Positions 40,621 through 52,631 of a stretch of 64,000 nt of DNA are shown here, one piece after another. The stretch covers positions 5,348,422 to 5,412,421 of the forward strand of contig NC_092678.1 in assembly GCF_964355755.1 (NCBI RefSeq), given 5' to 3'. The DNA comes from Antedon mediterranea. Its lineage: Eukaryota; Animalia; Echinodermata. Positions within the stretch are counted from its first letter, which is position 1. The number at the start of each line of letters is the position of its first letter. Under the pieces are notes generated by a model. That model made no database searches, was not told the origin of the DNA, and saw only the letters and a program-made list of their open reading frames with translations. The position numbers and the translations under genes were made by a program.

Positions 40621-41490
40621 TATCGGCTTATATCTTTGTATTTTTTTTTACTTTGGATGAACCTACCTGTACCGAAAGTAATTGAAGCAATTAGCCAGTG
40701 ATATAAGACATAAACCTACAGAGAGTAAGTTTAAAACATACAATAATACTTTTTTATATTCAGAATATTTCTAGATCCTTAAAAGATACAAATGAGATAT
40801 ATAACAGTCTGTAATTACTGTAAACACAATTAAATTTTCAACAAAACGCATATGCAGAAGCTTTATACAAATGCACAGAATCAGTCAATCAGCAAACTAT
40901 TTAAAAATGGTCAGGAACCTATACACAAGGAAACCAATGTTTATTAACCATGCATGCACACTATAATGTTCATTATTCTAGGTCAGACCATTACAAAAAT
41001 TAGGTACTGAATTATTACCGGTTATTATTATTTTACAGTCAAGTCAAGAATTGCAAGGCACTGTAAGTGCATCCACACAGTAGAACGATTTTGAAAGAAA
41101 TGTTATAGAGAAGAGTTATAAAGCAGAAAATGATTGATGCTAATAGATGCATTGAACAAACTGAAGGGATGAAGTCACTTCATGATATCAAGCAAGAATT
41201 AGAAACTGCAGTGCATTCTATAATAGAGGACAAAACAGATTTTGAATATCATGTAAAGATAATCAAAAATGATATTAAAATAGCTAAAGAAGATATTATT
41301 TCTATAGAAGACGAAGACAAACAACTTGAGTTGCAGAAGAATAAAATGCAAACTGTTATTTTTGAAGGTAAAGAGATGAAAAGAGACAATAAATGCTAAC
41401 CTACTGTATAATAACAAGTAACCTAAATTGTTATAGAATCTGGGTCTGGGATGGGTGCATCCACATCTCAGACAGTCCTAATTATTGCAG

Positions 41491-44400
41491 AAAGGGGAGA
41501 AAATGCAGTACTAATAGTTTTAAATATTTTTTTACAAAGCATTAAGACATTTAATGAAGAAGTTATATGAGCAATTCAACAATATCCAACTGATGCAATA
41601 CTTTTATATACATGCGACTACTTGGGCTGTTGAATATATTAAGCTGGAAGGGAGCAGACGTTTGATGGGTACACAGGAGCCAACAGAAAGATTTGCAAAG
41701 CTTGACGAACTTTCAAAATATCTATATATTGGTTTGTATATATATTACTAAAATAAGAAAATAAACGAGATGTAATAATAAAAGCAGCAAATAAAAATAT
41801 GCTAATCTAATGTATTAAATATTGATATTTAATTAAGTATTAAACACAAACATACAATAGTGTATTTTAATGTTCACAGGTTATTATTCTGGTAGCAATG
41901 AACAAGAAGGTTCTATGGCATTCACACACCGGTCTGTTTTTACCATCGGAGGTAATATTAACATTTTTTCTAAAAAATATTCCAGTCTGGGGGACGGGGC
42001 ACCCACATCTCAGGCTGTAGTGTTATATAATCCAATTATGGTACTGTGCCTGTGCATAGAGTTATACATAAGCAAAGTGATTCAATATCATTTTATTACA
42101 TAATCATAAAATATAATATTTTAAGAAATAAACTAGTGTTAATGTTAATTTGTATTGTTTCTAATTTTAGAATTATATGTGGTAAGTGGTGATGTGGAAT
42201 GGGAAAAACAGGTGAAGCGGGAGCTGCGACGGAAAAACACAGTTAACCACACAATATCAAAAAGATGGGAAATAAGGGCAGTGTTTACTGTAGGAACATC
42301 ATCAACATGTTAGTTATTTATAAATATATAAACGACAGACACATAATAATAATGCACCCGGTAATATTTGCAAAAAAGATATAGGCCTAATATGTTAATT
42401 ATTTTAACTATACTCTATAGGTATTGTATTAAAAGAAAGAGTACAAACAAAAAAGCCGGAAATATTGTACAACTTATGGTCCATGGGTTTCATAGATCTG
42501 GCATCAATATTTGATGACAATGTTATCAGAAGAGCAATGAAAAATGGTAGGTTGAATTTTAAATACTGTTCACAAAAGTGAAAAGTTAAATGGGACTGTA
42601 AAAAAACACAAACTATAGAATGGTGCATGCTAATTAAGTAACACAACCTGTTGTAAATTTATTTAGATGCAGGCTACCAAAGAGCAACTGTCATCACAAT
42701 TACCATGAGTTGGCCTAATGCAGCACTTTTACTTAAGCATATGATCATTCCTGCGGTAAGTTTTCAATTATCAAACATAAGATATCTTTGGTCTCTATAG
42801 TGTACTTAGAAAAAAATATATAAACCCTTTTAGTGTCACCTCTGATAGTATTGTGAATATTGTCAATGTAGAGAACCGGTATTTATGTCAGAAATACATT
42901 ATTTTACCTTTTGAAAAAAATGTAGTTATTAAATAGAAAGTTAAACAAGCAATTGAAAATATAATAATATTGATTTATTTTAAAAGGAAAGAAAAAAGGA
43001 ACTAAGTACAAAAAGAACAGCTGTTAAGTATAAAAAAGCAAGTAATACAGCTTTCGAGAAAGCTGGGTTTCTCAAACAACAAATAGATGATGGCATTAAT
43101 TATGTTAAAAGGGGTAAACAAACATTTCGAGAAGATGTAAGAAGATGGCGAACAGAAATAAACGAACACAAGAAATCTAAAATTGACAACATTAATGAAA
43201 CTTGTACTGCTGATATGCACGTTCTTGACCAACTATGCGAAGAAAAGAATAAAATCTTTGAGAAGCAAGAAAGAAACCTTGAGAAGAATAAGACTGATTT
43301 GAATGATGCGATCAGAAAAATTAGAAACAACCCAGAGACAGGAAATCTTGAGTTGCAAACAATTGAGGAAGAAATAAAAAGATCTGAAGAGAGCTTTTTA
43401 TATGTAGAACATCTTAAACCAACAATCACCGGTGATGGATTAAAGATTGTGAATTGTAAACTTATCATTTATGATAAGGATAGATCGTTTTCAGTTACAA
43501 AAGGACAACCATTTTCAGTGAATGTACAAAGAAAGTACAAAAGTGATCACGATACATGCTTACTTGCTACTCTGATATGTCCATCCGGGAATGGACAAAG
43601 TCTTGCTGTTGTAGAAGACAAGAAACATGGAGAGTTTACAATAAGAGCTATGTGTGATAAGGAAGGCGATTGGATGATGGAGGTTATGGCTACTAATAAA
43701 CACTACATCAAAGGATCTCCAGTAAATATCAAAGTAGCACCAATGGGAATTGTGAATGACACGACTACTACTGTATTCAACAAATTACCCAGTAGTCAGT
43801 ATTTCACAGACGTCCTATTATTAGATACAGAAGGTAGCATGTTAGTATCAACCAATTGTGAATTTTTCAAATTCGATAATTCAGGAGAGTGTGTTATTAA
43901 TACAAAATGTAAGAAAAAAATAAAAAGGTTGCATCAAATGAGTAATGGTTACATTGTTTACACTGACAAAGAAAGTATTGTAAAGTGTGATGATAAATTG
44001 AAACCAATCACTACATTTGATGATGAAAAGTTGTTATCCCCAGTTGGCTTGACAATAAGCAATGAAACAAGAGTCATGTATGTTGCAGACAGTTCAGCTC
44101 ACTGTGTCTTCAAATTCAATATCGATGACGGGAGCCTGATTGGTACGATAGGTGAACATGGTAGCAAAGAAGGTCAAATGTACAATCCAATGGATGTTGC
44201 TTTATTAGGGAGAGATCGTATCGTGGTTACCGACTTCGGTAATCATAGAGTTCAAATGTTTGATGTAGTAGGCCTACACGGGAAGTACGTGAAAACAATT
44301 GCTGATAAAGGCGAGGGCGATGGACAAGTTGAAGATCCCTGTGGAATTGTAATAGACGACGATGACAATATAATAGTATCCAGTAGAAATAAACTACAAC

Positions 44401-44552
44401 TATTTGACAAAGATGGTGGTTTCTTAAGACGAATTGATGAAACTAAGGATGCTATTGATCTTCCAAGTTCAATCACTGTAATCTCAAAAAGACCAAGAAG
44501 ATTAGCAGTTGTAAATTCAGGAGGGAAAAATGTGAAAGTATACAATTACTAA
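41491..44552 (+). CDS. Gene E: coiled-coil/filamin/NHL paralog with a divergent death-fold-derived N-terminus; 5' end unresolved, possibly a pseudogene
   Basis: The terminal exon 42987-44552 is open (522 codons) and homologous to gene D. Upstream phase-consistent exons are 41880-41951, 42171-42308, 42421-42546 and 42667-42755. A degenerate DED2-like exon ends at 41731, with an apparent frameshift at the T7 run 41527-41533. Further candidate exons lie at 38520-38545 and 41109-41367. Confidence 0.6.
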
Positions 44553-45234
44553 ATGTTGAAATACTCTAGGCAAAATAACTACCAGTACAAACAATAGAAA
44601 ACAAAGCAACACAAATTAGGTAAATCAGTTGCAAATATTTTTAAAACCATGTCCTTTATTACCACAGGATCTTTATTGGTACATTGTGTGGTTTAATTAC
44701 GCCATGATTGGTGAAAACGTGGTTCTATGTCACAAAGGCGTAGGATTTTGGAAGCTGCACGTCTTACGGAGATGAAATCACTAAAGTTTAGAAAATCGCT
44801 TGTGGTGGGTTGGTTCTAATGCCTTACGGGCCTGCAGCATGTAGATTTATAAATATATATAAACATGTATTCAGAAATAATACGCAATACGTATATGCAA
44901 TAAAATAGACACATTTTTTATATTTTGTTTTTACGATTGGTAATATAGAGGTACTAATTTAATGTTTCATAAATTTGTGTAGGCGTACAGTGAAAATAGT
45001 TTATAAATTCCTGCATTCCTTGTTTTACTGTTGTGTGGTGTTATTGTTGGTGTGGTTTTCTAAATGAATTATTTTTATATTAATATCTGTTTATCCTTTA
45101 ATAATAATAATGATAATATTAATAAATATTGTAGCTGTCTAATTAGTAGAAATGTTTAAACTTTGTATGTAGTGTTTCAAAATATCAAAACCTGTAAGCC
45201 AATTATTTTTCAACTGACTTTTACATTTTTCCAT

Positions 45235-45375
45235 AGTGATGAAGGGCTAGTGTTGCCCAAAGCTATGCTAACTTTTTTGCCTGTTTTACTTTATCGTTTT
45301 GATTTTGCTTTTCTCCATTGAGATCCAGCCACTGATACCCACAGCATTGTCATTTTTTCAGTAATTTGCCTTTGA
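45235..45375 (+). mobile_element. Penelope-like repeat fragment
   Basis: Matches 12576-12801 in reverse. Contains a degenerate TGATGA-GGGC..GCCC-AAA hammerhead-like motif. Confidence 0.45.
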
Positions 45376-46791
45376 ATTTATATTATAAGTTAAAAATATA
45401 ATATAATTAAGTAGGGATATCCGAAAGCTTGGTACTTTCTTTTTGGTTATTTTACTTTATATTTTTAATTTTGCTTATTCATTCATAGATTGATAAAAAT
45501 TGTTTTACTGAAACCGTTTTTTGAAAACCGGTATTTGACATGGTCATTCATGTATTAAGAAATATGCCTTTGGATTTATACTATGGTTGTTATTCATCTT
45601 ATCACAACAACTTGTGAATATTAATTTAATATAAATACAGTACTCCAATTATTATATTACTTGATAAATTATATTGCATTTTCAATGAGTTATTTTGTTT
45701 ATCATCATTATAAAATTTATATTTTTTATATAGTTTAAATAATATGTATAATTTGAAAGAAGTTAAATAAATTTTCACTTAAAATGTTTAATGGATTCAC
45801 AATGTGCAAACTTGTTTTAATTTATTTCAGAATGCTATTAAGATCGCGTCGTTGAAGCTAAAACTGTTTTTTTAAACCAGTACCGGTATTTGAAGATCGA
45901 GTTAGGAATCAATTACAGTTTTGAAAACGTATTTAAAAATTGGGATTTTTTTTACGTGGACCGTTAAAGGTGCGAGCATTGACGACATTTCTTGCGTTTT
46001 TCAGATTTATAAATTTTTTTTGTTTATTTCATCATATTAGACATTACAAAGGAAAACATAATAAAATTAATAAAAAAGAATTAAATTAGAATTTCGTTAA
46101 ACAATGACTTCGTAAAAAAAAAATTAAAAATGTTACCTTCTATTTGCTGACTATCATCAATAATTTGACATAAATTTAGACATCAGAGAAACTGCATCTC
46201 TAAACAGGTATCATTTGAGCAGGTGATGGCAATTTTGGATTACTTCATAATCTGAAAGGGGTGATTTGTCAATCTTAACCATTTATTGAATTAATTGTAC
46301 ATTAATTATACCTGGGTTGTTCAATAGTGTAGTCGTCTCATTTCTATTTGAGGCCGACAATCCATTCAAATTGATACGCAATATGCAAACATCTACTCAC
46401 CATAATTGATGAATTTCATTCTCTATAGATGGTCCTGGATAATCAGAGTGTTGCAACATTATGTACCACATCCAGGTTAATGCGATAATTAATTAAATAA
46501 TACAGTAATAGTAACCGAGTATTGTTTGGTAACTTCCGCAAACACAAAATGTCTTTACTGAATTGTATTGAATTGAAACTACAATTAACATTGACGCAGA
46601 TCCTGGTGAAGGACATTCACATAATTTTTAAACAGCAATTTAATCCGAAGACATCAATTTCATTCTGTGCGTTTATGTAATAAACAAAAACATAACAAGT
46701 GTATGATGAATTTATTGTAATATTTGTATGATATGGTTTTCCGATAAACCAAATCGATGTCATTCAGAAAAAGTAATTAAAAATATTTTTT

Positions 46792-47859
46792 TTACAAGTA
46801 GGATACAAAGATGTTTTGTGTTGGAATATTTCTTTCCAGTTCATCATGACGAATGATTCTTCTCCTCATCTCTGAAAACCTTTCCATCAGTAAATGTTCT
46901 TCCAATGGTGATGGCGTCAGTCTGGCTGTTGGATGAAATGGCTTGAGCAAACCAAATCAAGAAGTGCTTGAACAAAAAAGGCAATGAAGTTTCACCACAT
47001 AAATTCAGCTTTGTTGAGACTGATGATGATGATGTTGATGATGATGGTGGTCATAGTGATGCTGGTCTTTCTCATAAAAGATAACAAAGACACAGAGATG
47101 GCTGCAGTCGCGTGCTCAAGTTAGTGTTTACTGACCGAACGACCAACCGACCGACCGACCGACATAGTGAGCTGTAGAGTCGCGTTGACTATTTAAAATA
47201 AATTTTACTTGGCCTTGTCTGGGATGGATTGAGGTGTGTGAAGGCACCGTACAAGCATTGGTCCTGACGTCCCATCAGCCTTTTCAAACATCTCTTTGTT
47301 TGAGCTTCTCAATATTTTTGGGTCTTTATTAAGACGAAACCTGAAAACAAATTGAGAATTTTACCCAGTAAACTGGAACACAAAAAGGAGATAAGGAGAT
47401 GACACTTCCAAGCATATAAGAACAATAAATGACATAAGACAGGAAATACAGTATTGTGTGAATGATGACATCATATTACACACAGTAATAAATAGTTTGT
47501 ACTGAGCAAGCTCAAAAGTGGAAAAGACATCAATACCTGTATGCCATTTCTTGACTGAATTCATTTGTTTCTTTATAGTGCTTAGGTTGTGGTGGCGTAC
47601 CAGGACGTGTTTTCATTGCGATGTGCCTTTTGCTCCGAGCAATTATAATGGCCCAGAAGTGACTTTCGTCGTTGCCTAAAACGTTCCTCCATTATTTGAC
47701 GTTTTTCAAATGCAAAACGAGCACATTCTCCTTTTTTTAAACAAAGTAGTTGATTCCTACAGTTAAAAAGAAAAACATTTTTAAACTTAGTTTACACAAG
47801 TACAACTCAACAATAGCAAAATACCTCGACGAAAAGGCGGCAAGAATATTTCTCGGCAT
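46792..47859 (-). pseudogene. Four-exon antisense gene remnant of unknown function
   Basis: Exons 47859-47825 (MPRNILAAFSS), 47756-47537 (one frameshift), 47340-47209 and ~46957-46792 (..PFHPTARLTPSPLEEHLLMERFSEMRRRIIRHDELE..). All introns are phase 2. Partial copies lie at 57990-58405 and 59526-59635. Confidence 0.55.
47098..47192 (+). mobile_element. Short Helentron-like element
   Basis: ATGGCTGCAGTCGCGTGCTCAAGTTAGTG..(CCGA)n..CATAGTGAGCTGTAGAGTCGCGT. Confidence 0.65.
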
Positions 47860-49587
47860 TGTTATAAACATTGTTATAACAACAGCAGTTAGGTCAGCAG
47901 TTTCCTCAGTGTCAACAAATTTATAAAAGTAGTATCATTTTATGATTATATAATACAGGTAATATAGTGGCGGATACAGTGGTGGATCCGCACGCCCCTT
48001 ATAAAACTGGAGAAAAAAAAACCTACCATAGGCCTAAGGGAAACAAAATTGGGGAAAAAAGCGTAAAAATGAGTAAAACACATTGTTTCAGCGCCGTGCT
48101 AATTTACTTTTATTAGAGGTCACCATTGCCGTTGCTGTCTGTAAATTTCTAAGAGTTGCGAAATGAATTGCCTATACCTATTTTTACCTGTAACGCAACA
48201 TGATATTGACGGTGTATCGTACCCATACTCGGGGCACGAACGATTCGTACAAAGGACACGCTATACAACCGCGTAGGCCTACCTATTGTTTAGATCGCTA
48301 GCAGTCAGCAAGCATAAATAAAAGTGTATATACGTCAAAAATGGAACGCCGTGGTTACCTACAGATCATTGTCATAGAGGATATGTTAATAATAATATAG
48401 TACAGTAACTGTGTTGTAACTGTGTACTGTAGTATACATTATAGCAACCGATTTTTTTTCTAGACCACCCACCCAACTGTATCAATATCAATTTATATTT
48501 ATATATTTAATTTCTTCAACAAATTGATGCAAATAAATATTGAGCTATAATAAGCATTTGAAATTTGCGCTTTTTCGGGGCTTCCCCTAGATGTACGTTC
48601 GCATTGAACTTGAACGCAACGCAATCAAAACTATACTGAGTGAATGAAATCGGAAACAAAATGTGATATCGTCCTTTAATTAGTCACGTGTGTTTATTGG
48701 AGGGAAAAAGTATGATCGTTTTGCTACATATGAGAGTGTCTGCAAATTAGAGGTGCCATTTATCATGAATTTTATGTGCGACAGCACCATTTCTTCCGGC
48801 CATCTCGGGCGTCATTTAAAAAAGTTCGCTTCGCCACAGGTCCTGTCGACGGCCCTCTGGACAAGCACCTTTTTTCCGCTATGTACGTGCAAACGCTTAC
48901 TTGCTCGAAACGCCCTGTTGTGACGCTTTTACTAAAAAAAAAGCCTATAGGAAAAATGTCACCCTTTAATAGGCTAGTACCTCAGTTTTCATACATAGGT
49001 GCGGATTGATATTGGTTTTTCATGGACCATTTCTATACAACGTTCTTAAGTGTATAGTTGTATTTTAAATATAAATCTATACAAGGAAGTTTTGCCCCAA
49101 CCCGGGTCATTTACCTCCGCCACTATACACATTGTATTTTGTGTTTATAATTGCATTATTCAACATAGCCCCGAGCTGAAATTTCATCTATCGCAATCAA
49201 ACGAACGCTATAATAATGGTTTCAATTGTGGTTATAATTTCTATTGATATGCATATCAATAATAAACGGTTAACCATATGAAGTACTTCCTTAATGTAAA
49301 TTCACTAATAACAGGCTACGCAACATTTAACTAATAAACTATGGAATCCTCTTTCAAGAAAATATTTTTAGAAAAACATTAAAAATAACGAAAATGCCTA
49401 ATAAATGTAATAATAATTCGTTAATAATATAACAATAATAATCTCTTTTTCTGAATTTTAATTTCCATTGCTAAGTTAACCAATAAAATACTAAATGTAA
49501 TCATACATTCCTACATAACAATCGTTATCGATTTTTATTAAACTGTGCATATCATTATTATCCTAAAAGATAAAACTGCTCTTCAAA

Positions 49588-51539
49588 ATGTCGGCACAAC
49601 AAGGGAGTAAATCCTCTACAGTAAGTATTTATCAATAATAATAGTTATTGCATATTGGTGTAAAAATCAACCTTGCTACCACTACTAAGTATCAATTGTT
49701 AAGCCTGGGTGGGGAACATACATACATGTTCTTGTATTTAAGGGTTAGGTCGTGAAGGCCGAGGAATATTATATCTAATTTGTTTCTAGTCATACGGGCA
49801 CAGCTTGTCACGGTCATACAAACACAAACAAAAGGTACAGATGATAGGACGGGAAGATGAGGATAGGCCCTTACCGTATAATAATGATATAGTAGCACTT
49901 TTATAACTAAATGATTTGCTTTAATGTTTTAGGAACATGCAAGTGACCAAACATTCTCAGAATTACTTAAAAAAATAAGTGATTTATATAAAAGTAGGAA
50001 GTATCGTTGGCTGAGACTTCTGCTAAATGACCACTGTTCTGGAGATTTGTTAAGTGAAAACGACATTACGGGGCACTTTCTGTTTAATCAACTCCAAACG
50101 CGAGGTTATATTTCAAACAACCCTACAGATGTCGATTTTCTAATAGACATTGCTACAATAACAGATCATGACGAGGCGTTACGTTTGACAACAGAGTTCA
50201 ACAATCAATATAACGAGGAAATCCACGATTCCAAATACAAACGTAAGCCAATATCAGAATTTCGCAAAAAACTTTTCAAAGCTTTAATTGCAAACATAAA
50301 TCCTGTGGCACCTATGGTTCTAAACTACAAAAAATTAAACGAAGAGGTGTTTGATAATACCTGGGATTTTGTGTTCAAGTTGGAGAGGGAACTATTGTTG
50401 ACGGAGGATAAAACGAAAATGAAAAGGTTTGCAAACTGCCTCGATCCGGTCGCAAGTGCTATTCTTCTAGGTATGTACATTCCTTAATCGATAGTATAAG
50501 CCTACACTGGTTTTATTTTAGGTGAGATAGGACCAGTAAGTCCCCTATTATATCCAGATCTAATCCTGTTATTTGTATCGAGTCGACGTTATCCAACTTT
50601 CATTTATTATTTCAGGTGAAGATGACAACCCGGATGCTGGAACACCCATGGTAATGCCCCTTAGGTATAATTTCAAATTAGCTAATAGTATAGTACAATG
50701 ACTGTAGTAAATCATATGATGCAGATTATGAAGAAGAATGTTCCCGCATTTTTAATGAGGATATCTTACAAACATCAACAGAAAGTTGAAACAACTGAAG
50801 TTGACAAACATTTTCATTTCCTTCCATCTAGAACTTTCCCAACCATGAAACGCGTTTTATATGCTTCTCTAAGACTATACTAACTGTATCACATTATCAC
50901 ACGTATTCAACGCAAAATGTCCTATACCTGATGTAGTCTATAGTTCTAAAAATAACACGAAGGAATCCCAAAGGTATTAAAGTTAAACATTAACCTAAAG
51001 GTATTGTTTTATTATATGTTTTGTATTCACAAATTCTGTTGATTTTTGTTCAATTAGGACCAATGAGCTAAGCCGAATGGAGAGGATTCAGAAATTCTTA
51101 AAAGGTAATTATAAAGACAATACATAAAAATAAAATACAAATGTAGGCTACACATCATCATCACTATTCTGTTCTGACAATCTATAAATAGATGTTATTT
51201 GTAAGTACTAAATAAAGAATTACTAAAAATAACAAGCACTTTAGATTTCAAATATTGTGTTTTCCCTTTATTTCAGCAAGAAGAAAGAAATGTTGGTATG
51301 TTTGTGGAGTTCTACTGCTTCTGTCCTTTATCCTTGAGTTTGTATTTATCTATGATTCTGTCCTAGCGGGATCTATGGCTATTTTCATAATTAGTATACT
51401 AGTGTTCATAGTTTTTATTGGCTTATCATTCGATCTTGATGGAAAATATGCAAAGGTTATTAACATTATTGCAACAATCGTGACTATTATTCCAACATAT
51501 TTTACGGTATATTTTTTGGCGACTGAATTAAATACTTAA
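49588..51539 (+). CDS. Gene F: minimal tandem-DED-like / 3-TM protein, ~309 aa
   Basis: Exons 49588-49620 (MSAQQGSKSST), 49933-50470, 50616-50664, 51058-51104 and 51277-51539 give 930 nt open. Confidence 0.82.
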
Positions 51540-52631
51540 TAATGATGTCAGAATAAGATAGTACTGTTTTTAATTTAAATTGTAGTACTACACATAATAA
51601 TGACAACAAAATGATACATTACGTTTTTTTTTTTTAAACATATATATATTAGAATTGTTTTCGCTTTGTGTCATATTACAAAATGCTTAAAGTAGATAAA
51701 GTAGGCCTACACAGATGTATCTCATTTATCTTCATATTTCGTTAGTAATTAAGCCCAGTAATGTAAATGTTGCGCTGGTACTTTTAAGGTCACTTTTATT
51801 CATATAATTGTAATAAACAATAACAAAAACAGTTTCTTTGTCTTGAATCAATTGAATTGCATGTATTATGGAATCAACTATTACTACTATATTATCATAA
51901 CAGTAAGGAATTATCCAACCCTAACAGATTAAACTTGTTTCTTATGGTTGTCTATTTGTCGACCATTCTTAAATTATCACTGTGCGCAAACTCGCTTTAT
52001 TTCTCAAAACATCTACAACATGAAAGTTGGAATTACGTATGGATTATGATTTTTTTCAGAAAAATCTTTTTGTTCTTTCACTTTCGAAATATGGAATGGA
52101 ATGACACGAAATGCTGCCCTAATCAAATTACTAAAAACAAATAAATCATTTGAGGTCCAAGAAAATAAAATAAAAAATGGCCGTCATAAATCAGATTGTG
52201 ACGTCGTATCAATAATTATTTTTATTATAACAGACCAAATAATGTCTTTAGTCATGTAGTAATAATTACTCCATTATTACTCCATGCTTCAGCTGATAAT
52301 TTCCATTATACGCACAATTTCCATAACAATAACTTAACAGCTCATGTTTCCTGAATGGTGCGAACAAAACGGACCTTTTTCAACAAACTGGCTTACGAAA
52401 AACTTTATAAATGTTTTTATATAATTACATTATGCCTAGATAATATATATTAACACAGTTTAAAATACAAAAATATTATTGGATATTTTGTGCAATTTTT
52501 AATTCCAATGTTCATGCACACAAACGGAATATCGAATGTCTTAATAATAGAAAAAATTGCCCATTCATCCATAACAATCGTGTTTGTAAAGATTTTTACT
52601 CCTCAACAATAAACTGCGCTTTGCATTCAAA

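Noticed and set aside
50522-50535. 14-nt micro-exon candidate in gene F (ag|GTGAGATAGGACCA|gtaagt)
   Set aside because: It would need a 51-nt intron and would break the reading phase of the downstream exons.
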